A stretch of DNA of 64,000 nt from a virus (IMGVR_UViG_3300017987_005500); one strand, 5' to 3'; shown: positions 38,075 through 47,749, counted from the stretch's first letter. The notes: a model not told the origin generated them from the sequence alone. Translations and numbers: made by a program.

Positions 38075-39353
38075 GTGCCATTGCTTTATTAACTTTCTCT
38101 TCTAATTCATCAAATGGAAAGTCATCAAAACAAATTCCATGATCGTCAATTGCATTTTTACATGGGAGATGTCCATGAATATAGCAGGGTGCGCAAGATA
38201 CTTTATTGCATTCTATGCTATCTGCTAAATCTCCATAAGTTGAAATTCTTACTTTTGATGGGAAGGGACCATATAATGTCAAGGATCTTTTTCCTAAAGA
38301 TGCTGCAATATGGACAAGTGCGGAGTCAATTGAAAGGACTAAACTTGAATGTGCCGCTAAGGCAATTGTTGAATCTAATGTTTCAGAGAATGGTGCATAA
38401 TTAAATACACGCTCTCTATTTTCTTTTGAGATAAAAGTCTCAATGAAATTTTCGATACCACTCTCAAATCTCTTATTATCAGTTATTACAATATTATACC
38501 CTTTGCTTGCAAGAAGATCTAATGCTTTTCCCCATACTTGAGGTCTTGGTGTTCTTATTGGAGAACTTGCTCTTAATTGAGCTAATATAAAAGGTTTATC
38601 ATTAATTCCCCATGACCACAAAGCACCTCTTGCTTTTTCAAACCATTCTTTTTTAGCTTCTTGTTTTGGTATAAGTTTTTCATCAGGAAGGTCTAATCCC
38701 ATCCATTGTGTAAAAAGTCTATATGCGTTGACTTCCTTAGCTTCCTCACATCTCTCAATAACTCCCTCAAATGTAACATGATAATCTGAGCGAACCATTT
38801 GAAGATAATTAAATGGAAGATCGACTAATTTATCTATACAATCCCATGTCTCAACCATTGCATGATATTGAGGTCCACATGCAAATAAGATTTCAGACGT
38901 TGGATATTTTTCCTTAAGATGAATCATATTAGGTTGGATAAATAATAAATCACCTATCCCGCCTGTTCTCCATATGAGGAGACGCTTATTATCTAAGTTT
39001 TCTCCTCTATATGGTTTATAAAGTTTCTCAAATTTTGTATTACATGGTCTTAAAACTTTGGCACCAAAATGATCATTATAATGAAGTTGTCTATATACGC
39101 TCAAGCTCATGACATATTTATTTTTCTTTTTCAAAACTTGAGTCTTAAATTTATTTTGCATAAATTCGCATTGACGTTTACATTCTGCTACAATCATATT
39201 AGGACCGTGATCTCTTAACGTATTTAAATTTGGAACATGAGCATATACTTGATCTCTTTCAATTCCAAATTTTCTAAATTCTTCAGAAGGAATTGGTTTC
39301 CCTTCTAATTTTCGATTCGCTACATCGGGCATTAAACTTTTCATGGTATTCAT
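38064..39353 (-). CDS. GT9 (heptosyltransferase-like) glycosyltransferase with N-terminal extension
   Basis: RTGGIGDLLF, IDSALVHIAASLG...LYGP, CAPC. Confidence 0.85.
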   Translation of the reverse strand: MNTMKSLMPDVANRKLEGKPIPSEEFRKFGIERDQVYAHVPNLNTLRDHGPNMIVAECKRQCEFMQNKFKTQVLKKKNKYVMSLSVYRQLHYNDHFGAKVLRPCNTKFEKLYKPYRGENLDNKRLLIWRTGGIGDLLFIQPNMIHLKEKYPTSEILFACGPQYHAMVETWDCIDKLVDLPFNYLQMVRSDYHVTFEGVIERCEEAKEVNAYRLFTQWMGLDLPDEKLIPKQEAKKEWFEKARGALWSWGINDKPFILAQLRASSPIRTPRPQVWGKALDLLASKGYNIVITDNKRFESGIENFIETFISKENRERVFNYAPFSETLDSTIALAAHSSLVLSIDSALVHIAASLGKRSLTLYGPFPSKVRISTYGDLADSIECNKVSCAPCYIHGHLPCKNAIDDHGICFDDFPFDELEEKVNKAMAHVQ

Positions 39354-39380
39354 CCTTCATAAGTTTTAAATATTCACGTA

Positions 39381-39788
39381 TTATTTTTTGAGATTCATCA
39401 TAGTCTTTTTATATTTTGCTTTAATTCTTTCTTGTTCTCCTTCTGACATATCAACTTGAGATTTTTGTACAATGTCTGCTGCAATTTTACCTGCTGCGGA
39501 ATCATAATCTTCATTTAAAATATCTTTTGCGAATCCCATAAATGATTCAGTGACTTCCTTTTCAATATCCTTCAAAGTCTTTTCAGGATTTTCTTCAGGA
39601 ACATCATCAACTTCATTTCTATCTGGTTCTGGGAAATCGCTTCTTTTGTCAGCTTCAAGAAATGTATCAACCATATCTAAAGCTGAATCAATTGTATTTT
39701 CAGCTGTAACTTCTTTCTTTTCAGCTGCAACAGTCTTATCCTCTTTTGTTCCATAATTTTCTTGTAATTTTTGTGCTAAGTCACTCAT
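39381..39788 (-). CDS. Acidic protein, possible head-internal protein
   Basis: Class B motif at 39844-39857; several LxE motifs (LQEN, FLEA, LNED). Confidence 0.5.
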   Translation of the reverse strand: MSDLAQKLQENYGTKEDKTVAAEKKEVTAENTIDSALDMVDTFLEADKRSDFPEPDRNEVDDVPEENPEKTLKDIEKEVTESFMGFAKDILNEDYDSAAGKIAADIVQKSQVDMSEGEQERIKAKYKKTMMNLKK

Positions 39789-39865
39789 AATTTCCTCCTG
39801 GTTTTATAGTAAATCTTTCATCATGTGCTACAATAAAAGTTATCATTTATTTGTTCTTAATATTA

Positions 39866-40939
39866 TTACTTGATTCCAATATCTGACATAGTCTTAACAA
39901 GGAGTCCACTTGAAATTGCAGTTTGTGGATTTTTTGCCATTCTTATTGAAGAAACATCAAATGGTAATTCATATTTTTTAATTGTCTCTTTGAAAAGTTC
40001 TAAAAATCCAGGGACTGAAGAAGTTCCTCCCGCTATTACAATAGGAATATCCTCATCAAGTTCTAAATCAAAATTTTCATTAAATTGTGATATTATATTT
40101 TTAACTGTGTAATTCATCAATGCAGAGTAATAATATGTTAGCGCTTCTAAGACTCTACGTCGTTTTTTATTTTTTTCTGTGCTAAATCCTTTACTTAAAT
40201 CTAAATATCTTTCTTTAATATTTGTAACTCGATTTGGAGTTATACCTAAATCGTTTGCTACATTTGTGTCTATCCAATCTCCAGATCTTGAAGTTGAAAA
40301 TGTAAATGCTTCAACTGCCTTATATGCGCAACATACATTACACATTCCAGCTCCAAATGATAATCCTATTCCAGAGAATTTCTCTTTAGCACATTCAGAA
40401 TAAATAACTGCCATTGCTTCATTACAACTTGTGTGATTAACTCCAATTGCGCCAAGTATTCTTGTGAATACCTTTTCATGATATGTTACACTTCTGTCCA
40501 TATCAATTGCTTCAGCAGGAACTGAATATGAACAATATACATCTTTATCTTTAACATTCCCAAACATATTTTTAATTATAAGAGCAAGAACATCAACTGC
40601 ATCAAGTTCGCTTGGAGAAATCATTCCTTTCTCCATAGGACGAGACACAGGTTTATTAAAAAGATTTGCCATTTTAAAAGCGTCATCTCCAATAATATAT
40701 GTATTCCCATCTTCAGATTTAATATGAGATAAGTCTGAAAATTCAGATATTGAAACTTCATCTGTATCAATTGATAAAAACATATTTCTTGTTATATTTG
40801 CAGAAGTCGGTTTATCTGAAGTTGATAAAATAATAGTCATTGTACCAATGTCCAAACCAGCTGCTATTTTTTTATTCTTTGTGGTTTTTGGTTTCTTTCG
40901 AGTATCTTCGTTTGGGTCCGTTATAATATCATCTGTCAT
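39866..40939 (-). CDS. Actin-fold ATPase, volactin-like
   Basis: GLDIGTM (phosphate 1), NEAMAVIYSE, GLSFGAG (phosphate 2), GDWID, IVIAGGTS (adenosine). Confidence 0.85.
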   Translation of the reverse strand: MTDDIITDPNEDTRKKPKTTKNKKIAAGLDIGTMTIILSTSDKPTSANITRNMFLSIDTDEVSISEFSDLSHIKSEDGNTYIIGDDAFKMANLFNKPVSRPMEKGMISPSELDAVDVLALIIKNMFGNVKDKDVYCSYSVPAEAIDMDRSVTYHEKVFTRILGAIGVNHTSCNEAMAVIYSECAKEKFSGIGLSFGAGMCNVCCAYKAVEAFTFSTSRSGDWIDTNVANDLGITPNRVTNIKERYLDLSKGFSTEKNKKRRRVLEALTYYYSALMNYTVKNIISQFNENFDLELDEDIPIVIAGGTSSVPGFLELFKETIKKYELPFDVSSIRMAKNPQTAISSGLLVKTMSDIGIK

Positions 40940-41472
40940 TCTTTATCTCCTTTTAATTCACGTAATATATCAGCACTCTCAGAAATATCAGACTCTACAT
41001 ATATTTCTTCTGATTTTGTATCAGATATTTCCATTCCGTCTAAACTAATCTCTGGTACAAATTCATCATCATCTAATGATTCAATTTTAGGTCCTGTTGA
41101 AACTGTTTTACTGAAAGATTTTTTGGGTTTAATGACTCCGCCTTCCATTAATTTATTCATCCCATCCATCAATAATTCAAATTTTCTATTTAATTTAGAT
41201 AATTCTTTTGAGCTAACACCATCTTTAATTCTTTGTACAATAACTTTTTCTGGTTTTTTAGCTTTAGCAATTTTTGTATTTTTCGGAAGAGTTTTAATTA
41301 CTTGAGGTTTTTCATCCTCAACTATTTGATATTTTGAAAGTCCATTCATTTTCAATGCTACAATAACTAAATTAATATCAACTCCAGATATCTCAATATT
41401 ACATGGAGTTCGTACCAATCCAACTCTTGGTAATGTAAATGAGCATCCTGGATCTTTAACTATAAGTCTCAT
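40936..41472 (-). CDS. Hypothetical protein coupled to the actin gene (candidate adaptor)
   Basis: ATGA overlap; small N-domain, short coiled coil, acidic linker, terminal amphipathic helix ISESADILRELKG. Confidence 0.6.
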   Translation of the reverse strand: MRLIVKDPGCSFTLPRVGLVRTPCNIEISGVDINLVIVALKMNGLSKYQIVEDEKPQVIKTLPKNTKIAKAKKPEKVIVQRIKDGVSSKELSKLNRKFELLMDGMNKLMEGGVIKPKKSFSKTVSTGPKIESLDDDEFVPEISLDGMEISDTKSEEIYVESDISESADILRELKGDKE

Positions 41473-41482
41473 AATTTAATTC

Positions 41483-42901
41483 CTATTCATAATTATAAAT
41501 ATATAATTCAAGTAAATCATTTTTTCGTAAATCAACATGTTCAGCATTAATAGTTATTGTTACTCCATCATCATCTAATGTATAATGATCTCCATATAAT
41601 AGCGGACCTTCCTTTCCTATCAATACTAATAAATCTTTAGTTACTGTCTCAGGAACTGTTATATCATATGAAGTCGTTGAATCTGCTTCAGCTTGTGTTG
41701 TGAGATGTATATATCTTATTTTAAATATTGTCTCTCTTTGTTTACATTCTTTAACTTCTCCCGATGGAGAGTATTCTCCACTTGAGGTAGAGTCAAGTCC
41801 AGTCTCCCATGTTTTAGTAAATCTCATTTCATGTTCATGAGGTTCGTATTGCAATTGTTCTTCTGTTTTACTTGATGGATCAATTGTAAAGAATGCTTCT
41901 CTTGATTCTTTTGGAACAATTTCTTTTACTTTATCATCTTGAACTAAATCTTGTCTAACTTGACTTAATTTATAATCCTTTCCATGTTTATCAATAATAT
42001 AATTTAAAAATTCTTCCTGCTCTTTAGGTTCCAGTGTTCCCATCATATTATTGAACATAGCATTTTCAGAATACGAAGTCGCTGATGAAACATCCATATT
42101 TGTTTTAATTGATTGAACTAAATAATCAGTTTCTAAAACTAAAAAAGATGGAACTTCAAGTTCATATTCAACTTCAACAGTTAATCTCCAGTCAGCTAAT
42201 TTATCAGTACCCCCATAACGAGTGCTCCCATCGCTCATACCTGTCATTTTGTATATGGGTTTAATTTCAACAGGAATGACGTATTCGTCGCGATTTGTGG
42301 TCTTGACTAACTGATTGAAAGCTCCAGCTGATTCCCAATTTAATCTATGATGAGCACCTGTATCAGGATTGACATATTCATAATTTATGAATTTTTCAGG
42401 AAGAATTAAAAATGTATTAAACCATATAGGGTAAATATATCTATCAATATCACCCATAATTTGAATCATAAATAATCTTAAATCACAATATTCATAAAAT
42501 GAATTTGTAAGCATCAATAAATTAAATGTTCCTTTTAATCTTGTGAAACCTACATTTACTTTAACATCTTCATCTTGATACACTGGTTCATATATCCTGC
42601 TTATCAGTCCAGCTGCTAAATTAGGATATCTATATAATTGCTTTCCTCCAGCATTTGCATCTGCTGTGGTCATTTCTCCAGATGGATCTAAAATCAATGC
42701 TGGTAACATTGGCATATCAGTTTCTCGATCATACTGTTCTTTTTTACTTAAAAATTCAACAGCTTTATCATATGTACCAACCACACGATATTTAAAACGT
42801 TCATATAAATATGGAGCAAAATAATCTAAGGTGGAATGAAAAAAATCACCTATCACATTATGTATAAAGAAATAATGATATTTTGCTTCTTGATTTGTCA
42901 T
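41483..42901 (-). CDS. Hypothetical 472-aa protein, possibly virion structural
   Basis: Long ORF with alternating beta-strand patterns; no diagnostic motif. Confidence 0.55.
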   Translation of the reverse strand: MTNQEAKYHYFFIHNVIGDFFHSTLDYFAPYLYERFKYRVVGTYDKAVEFLSKKEQYDRETDMPMLPALILDPSGEMTTADANAGGKQLYRYPNLAAGLISRIYEPVYQDEDVKVNVGFTRLKGTFNLLMLTNSFYEYCDLRLFMIQIMGDIDRYIYPIWFNTFLILPEKFINYEYVNPDTGAHHRLNWESAGAFNQLVKTTNRDEYVIPVEIKPIYKMTGMSDGSTRYGGTDKLADWRLTVEVEYELEVPSFLVLETDYLVQSIKTNMDVSSATSYSENAMFNNMMGTLEPKEQEEFLNYIIDKHGKDYKLSQVRQDLVQDDKVKEIVPKESREAFFTIDPSSKTEEQLQYEPHEHEMRFTKTWETGLDSTSSGEYSPSGEVKECKQRETIFKIRYIHLTTQAEADSTTSYDITVPETVTKDLLVLIGKEGPLLYGDHYTLDDDGVTITINAEHVDLRKNDLLELYIYNYE

Positions 42902-43527
42902 TATTCATCCCCTTTATCATCTTCCAATTTAATCACCTTATTTGTATCAATATTTGGCATTTGAACACGATTCATGAAAGACTTTTTATATTCTCTATTA
43001 AATTCATCTACAACTTTAATAGACTGTGATGTTGATAATTGAACTGCTGTTGTCCTTACTATTTTCTTTTTAAGTTTTGCTACAATATGTTGTCTTTCAG
43101 TTACAATAAAAAGAAATTCTTTTTCATAACCGACCAATGTCAAACCATATAACATAACCGTATTATAAAATGTTTTTCCTTCATAATCATACTTTGAAAG
43201 ATTGATTGATTCATTGAATGTAAATACCACGTCAGTATAATAATCATCTTTAATTTTATTAAACTGGTTAGTAATATCTAAATTATTTCCTCTATAATTA
43301 TGTAGCTCTAAAAATGTTTCACAGAATTTAGATGACTCTAAATTTTTAAACATATTTATTTTAATACCATGACTCTGCTGAGAATGTCCCATAAAGTCAG
43401 GGTCTACACGAAATAAAAGAAAGTTTGATGATTTATGAAAAAATACTCCAATGTTGTAATAACCATCTAAAAATGGTACTCTCAATGAGTAATGTCTGTC
43501 AAATGATTTACCTAATTCGAGTGGCAT
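42901..43527 (-). CDS. Hypothetical protein
   Basis: AAGGAG RBS, TAATG coupling. Confidence 0.65.
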   Translation of the reverse strand: MPLELGKSFDRHYSLRVPFLDGYYNIGVFFHKSSNFLLFRVDPDFMGHSQQSHGIKINMFKNLESSKFCETFLELHNYRGNNLDITNQFNKIKDDYYTDVVFTFNESINLSKYDYEGKTFYNTVMLYGLTLVGYEKEFLFIVTERQHIVAKLKKKIVRTTAVQLSTSQSIKVVDEFNREYKKSFMNRVQMPNIDTNKVIKLEDDKGDE

Positions 43528-43543
43528 TTAATTATCTCCTTCG

Positions 43544-45556
43544 CTAAAAATCTATATCATCCCAATTATCTTCTTCTTTATCTTCTTTAACTTCTTCTTT
43601 ATTTTCAGCTTCTACAGTTTTCAATCTTGCTAACATTAAATCTTTTGATAGCATACATTGTTCAAAATTATTTGCTACAAAATTCTTGAAGGTTCCCTTT
43701 TTATCACTTTCATTCCACACATATAATGCCTTAAGAACATTCTCACCTAATTCCTCAATTGCAGAATTAAATTCCCACTCAACATCTTTTGTACCAATAT
43801 CTTTTAGATAATTTAATAAAGCATCAACAGTTTGTTTTGGCACTTCATTTCTATATTTATAAACCAATCTGTAAACATGAGCTTCTTTAACAGCTTGAGG
43901 TGCTTTCGTGGGTGTTGATTTTTTAGGTGCTGCTTTAGCTTTTGGTTTTTTCTTCTCATCAAATAATTCTAAAATATCATCACTGAAAGCTTTTTTATCA
44001 ATATTTTCAAAATTACCTAATTTCTTTTCAACCTCAAGTTTTATGAGATCATTTATTTGTTCTAAACTTAATTTGTTAATAGCAGGTAATATAACTTCAC
44101 CGCTTTTATATAAACTATCATGCATCTCAATTACAGTTTGACCTTTACCAACTATATTATCAATTACCTGTGTAATAAATGAGTCTACGTCCAAACCTGT
44201 AACTGTTGTGCAACTATAAGATGCAAGAATTTCCTCATATTGATTGAATACACCTTTCGCCTTATATGCATTGAATCTTTCCATCACACAAGTCTTAATT
44301 GCATTCTTATCAATCTTATCTAAAAATGAAAAAATTAGAACGTCAGAAAAACTTCTAAATGCCAAATATAAAATTGCCTTATTGTGCATTGCATCTGACT
44401 CTTTGTCTTCTAATCTTTCTCTCATTATTTTAATATATGCTCCAACTGTTAATAGATCATATAATAATTCAACATTTTGAATTGGTAAATCATCAACTCC
44501 TTTATATTTCAAAATATTTGTAGTTGATGGCAGAGGTGTTGAATTTCTTGAATAATTCTGAAGATGTGTATGAAATATCAGAGTTGAGATATATGAATAT
44601 GATTCCATATCAGCTTCAGTGAAATCTGGTAATAAATCAACATCATATGCTTCTTTTATAGTCAATATAAATTCCATAAAAGGATTTGGTTTTGTGATTG
44701 ATGAATAAAGCATATTTTCAAGAGTCTCAATCTTTCCGTCCAATACCTTATTTATAAAAGGACTATCAAACTCTCTTATAGCAACCTTTTGTTCTTTATC
44801 TTTAGTTGCTTCAATTTCAGGAACTTTAATGTTATTTATATTTTCATCCATAAATCCACTAAAACTATCTTGTGCTTCGGAACTCTCTGGAGGACTTTGA
44901 CCAGTATATTTTTCAACCTCTTCAGATGTTGTCACGCTTACAAAATTATTGACAGTGTCGCCGTCCTGCGCAACACCCGAACCTATCGCCGCCGCAATCT
45001 GACCGGGAATACTTTTGATGTCCCCTCTCATTCCATCATTTGTCTTTAGTAAATTTGCCATTATTTGTCTATTCACTAAACTCATCGCCATTTGATCACA
45101 TGTATTAGAAGTTGTTTCTAACTTTTTAACAAGTGCTAAAAATGAAGATCCCATTGGCAAATATATCTTTCCAAAGTCAGATTCATTATGTCTAATTTCA
45201 ATTTGAATGACATTTTCATTTGTTGATTCAGCAACTAAAAATGAAAATTTTAATGTACGTCCTCTTTGATATTTACATAAAATTTCCGCTCCGGATTGAA
45301 ATGCATGTGCTATATCTTTTTGGACTTGTCTCAATCGAAGTATTAAATCAATTACATCAGTATATGAAAGGTTACATGACTTTCTTGATCTGTCAGAATC
45401 TGCAATAATTGAAATTAAAATATTTGGAGCTGTAAAATAATTGAAATCATTGGTGTTACATGAAAGTGCCATTTCAATTGAGCTGTTACTTCCATATATT
45501 TGATCTCGGTAGGAATATAAAGTTTGGTTAAACCATGTCGTGTTTTCGTTATACAT
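43544..45556 (-). CDS. Hypothetical 670-aa protein with acidic C-terminal tail
   Basis: AAGGAG RBS; ends EEDNWDDIDF. Confidence 0.7.
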   Translation of the reverse strand: MYNENTTWFNQTLYSYRDQIYGSNSSIEMALSCNTNDFNYFTAPNILISIIADSDRSRKSCNLSYTDVIDLILRLRQVQKDIAHAFQSGAEILCKYQRGRTLKFSFLVAESTNENVIQIEIRHNESDFGKIYLPMGSSFLALVKKLETTSNTCDQMAMSLVNRQIMANLLKTNDGMRGDIKSIPGQIAAAIGSGVAQDGDTVNNFVSVTTSEEVEKYTGQSPPESSEAQDSFSGFMDENINNIKVPEIEATKDKEQKVAIREFDSPFINKVLDGKIETLENMLYSSITKPNPFMEFILTIKEAYDVDLLPDFTEADMESYSYISTLIFHTHLQNYSRNSTPLPSTTNILKYKGVDDLPIQNVELLYDLLTVGAYIKIMRERLEDKESDAMHNKAILYLAFRSFSDVLIFSFLDKIDKNAIKTCVMERFNAYKAKGVFNQYEEILASYSCTTVTGLDVDSFITQVIDNIVGKGQTVIEMHDSLYKSGEVILPAINKLSLEQINDLIKLEVEKKLGNFENIDKKAFSDDILELFDEKKKPKAKAAPKKSTPTKAPQAVKEAHVYRLVYKYRNEVPKQTVDALLNYLKDIGTKDVEWEFNSAIEELGENVLKALYVWNESDKKGTFKNFVANNFEQCMLSKDLMLARLKTVEAENKEEVKEDKEEDNWDDIDF

Positions 45557-45587
45557 TTATTCAATCTCCTTTGAAATTCGTTATTCT

Positions 45588-46268
45588 CTAAAAAGTCAAT
45601 TCGTTAAACTTAAAATCTAGTTTATTCGGTTTCTTTTTATACTCTTTTTCATTTGTTCTATGACTCATGTCTATTTTCTCATATAAAACATCTACTAATT
45701 TACATAATACATGTCCTATTAAAATATGCATTTCTTGTATTCTTGCTGTATTATATGAAGGTACTTTAATTAATACATCATATTTATCAAATTCAACTTT
45801 ACAGTTACCTGTAAGAAGAATTGTTTTAATTCCCATTTCTTTAGCTCTATCAAGAGCAAGTCTTACATTAGGTGATGTTCCAGATGTTGAAATACCAATA
45901 GCAACATCACCTGGATTGCCAAGAGCAGAAATTTGTTTTGAAAAAATCTCTTTGTAATTGAAGTCATTTGAAATTGCTGTAAGAGCTGAAGTGTCTGTAG
46001 TTAGAGCAATTGCAGGAAGAGGTTCTCGGTCAATTGAAAATCTATTTGTAAATTCAGCAGCTATATGTTGAGCATCAGCAGCACTACCTCCATTACCAAA
46101 TAAAAATAATTTCCTCCTTGTAATTGGATAATCTCTTTTCTCAGGATTTGGATTGAATATCTCTTCTAATAGTTTACTAGCTCTAATAATAAAATTATGA
46201 CATTTACTTAATGTAAGAGCTGTTAATTTTTCATGTTCAAAAAATATCTCATCAACTATAGTTACCAT
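45588..46268 (-). CDS. gmhA: Phosphoheptose isomerase
   Basis: GNGGSAADAQHIAAE, SND, ISTSG.S.NV, TARIQEMH. Confidence 0.95.
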   Translation of the reverse strand: MVTIVDEIFFEHEKLTALTLSKCHNFIIRASKLLEEIFNPNPEKRDYPITRRKLFLFGNGGSAADAQHIAAEFTNRFSIDREPLPAIALTTDTSALTAISNDFNYKEIFSKQISALGNPGDVAIGISTSGTSPNVRLALDRAKEMGIKTILLTGNCKVEFDKYDVLIKVPSYNTARIQEMHILIGHVLCKLVDVLYEKIDMSHRTNEKEYKKKPNKLDFKFNELTF

Positions 46269-46683
46269 GTTGTAGAAACTCCTTTCTTTTTGAAAGTTAT
46301 ACGTTTACGTTGGCGTAAACCATCACGCACCAGCGTTGTGGTTTTGTCTGCGCAACTTCCTAATTATAATTACTTACAAATTCCAGTACTTTTTTTATTT
46401 ATTACTTAAAAACTTTTTTTATTAACCTATTTTGGAGTCGTCACTAAGGTGACTCCCTTCTAATTCTAATTCCTGGGGAATTCCAATTCTTAAAGGACAT
46501 ATATTCAATATAAGTTATTATTATCATTCTTATTATTGTACCTATCAAAAGAACTAATTATTACTTTTTTTAAAATACATGTACCAAAAAGGTTAATATT
46601 TGACCAATTATTACATTTTCAAAAAAACTAGAACTATTTATTTTATTTTTTAAAAATTAAGAACCAAATGTTATATTTTAGCA
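46269..46683. other. Candidate replication origin
   Basis: Longest non-coding gap in the window. GC-rich hairpins, AT-rich tracts and phased direct repeats beside a Rep-like gene, close to the coding-strand switch. Confidence 0.55.
46551..46680 (+). repeat. Iteron-like imperfect direct repeats (about GAACYAAWTATTAYATTTT)
   Basis: Copies start at 46551, 46601, 46631 and 46661, with a weak copy at 46581. Confidence 0.55.
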
Positions 46684-47667
46684 TCATTTGAAGAATTCAA
46701 AAACATTATTTTCATATGTCCAATTTTTAATTAATGAGTTATCTTTAAGAACCAATAATCCTTTTTCAATAGCTTTTATATTTTCTGAATGACTTTTATT
46801 CATAAAACCTAATCCTGATATAATTGTACAATCTTTAAACCTTTTATGTTTAAAACCATTTCTTGATAAAATATATTTTCTATAAATAAGTTGAGATGTT
46901 TCAGATAAATTGAAAAAATCAACTTTTGAAGTAATCCAATCAAAATTGATACATATTAAATTATACAAAAATAACCTTCCAAAATTAGTATTGAATGTTA
47001 TTTTATATTTTTTATTATTTCTTCTTCCAGATGGAGTAATATTACATGAAGCTAATTCACAATCAAAAATATTTTCATTTTCTATTTTTACAGGATTTTC
47101 TGTAAATTTTTTCATTTGTTTATTATATACTCTAATAGGATAATAAAAATTAAATTTACAACTTGCAGTTGAATTAAAAAGATTTTCGATTGCTATAGAA
47201 GATAAATTTCTAAAAAAATAATTTTGTTTGATAGTTTTTTCTTCTATGCACATATTAAAATCTTGAGGAATAACTGAAGTTGCAGCTTCATTATAATCAA
47301 TTTCATCTTTCTGATTTTCAACTTGAATTACTATTTTATTTGTATGTCTATTATATGGATTAGCAGGAATATAATTTTCTTTTTCTTCATCTTCATAATA
47401 TTTTTTAGTTTTATACCAATGATTAGCTAACAAATGACCAATATAATCAATCAACATAAAATTTCTAGAATCCCAAAAACTTGACATTGTTACAACATTT
47501 TTTTCATGTTTTGGATAAGGAGATAGAGTTAATGGGAATTCAATATCTCTATGACCTCTTCGTTTAGAAATTCCTATCAATAATCTATTCAAACTTCTTT
47601 CACTTATCATATCTTTTTTAATTTTTTCTTTTTTCATAAAATTTTCCTTTAGATATTCATTTTTCAC
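46684..47667 (-). CDS. Putative plasmid-type replication initiator (TrfA/RepA-like winged helix)
   Basis: YKITFN..FGRLF...FDWI....FFNL...SQLIY and terminal IEKGLLVLKDNSLIKNWTYENNVFEF resemble initiator wHTH ends. Confidence 0.5.
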   Translation of the reverse strand: MKNEYLKENFMKKEKIKKDMISERSLNRLLIGISKRRGHRDIEFPLTLSPYPKHEKNVVTMSSFWDSRNFMLIDYIGHLLANHWYKTKKYYEDEEKENYIPANPYNRHTNKIVIQVENQKDEIDYNEAATSVIPQDFNMCIEEKTIKQNYFFRNLSSIAIENLFNSTASCKFNFYYPIRVYNKQMKKFTENPVKIENENIFDCELASCNITPSGRRNNKKYKITFNTNFGRLFLYNLICINFDWITSKVDFFNLSETSQLIYRKYILSRNGFKHKRFKDCTIISGLGFMNKSHSENIKAIEKGLLVLKDNSLIKNWTYENNVFEFFK

Positions 47668-47739
47668 TTTAATATATGTTACTAATAATAAAAATGGATT
47701 CTTATTTAAAATAATAAAAATACTTTAGGTTCTATGTGT

Positions 47740-47749
47740 TATATATATT
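47740..47749 (+). promoter_or_regulatory. Class A promoter-like motif
   Basis: TATATATATT upstream of the helicase. Confidence 0.5.

Noticed and set aside
19565-39353. Bacterial O-antigen or capsule locus (host chromosome or chimeric assembly)
   Set aside because: Interleaved with phage-type genes and the same endonuclease family as the replication arm; no export or polymerase genes.
43544-45556. Phage-nucleus shell protein (chimallin)
   Set aside because: Only the size is similar. No sequence support, no tubulin, and the replication genes are T4-like.
10195-47749. Archaeal virus (TATA-like motif, RFC-like loader, volactin)
   Set aside because: CspA, GmhA, HldD, the LpxD-like gene, RuvC, TOPRIM primase, strong Shine-Dalgarno sites and hairpin terminators are all bacterial or phage type.
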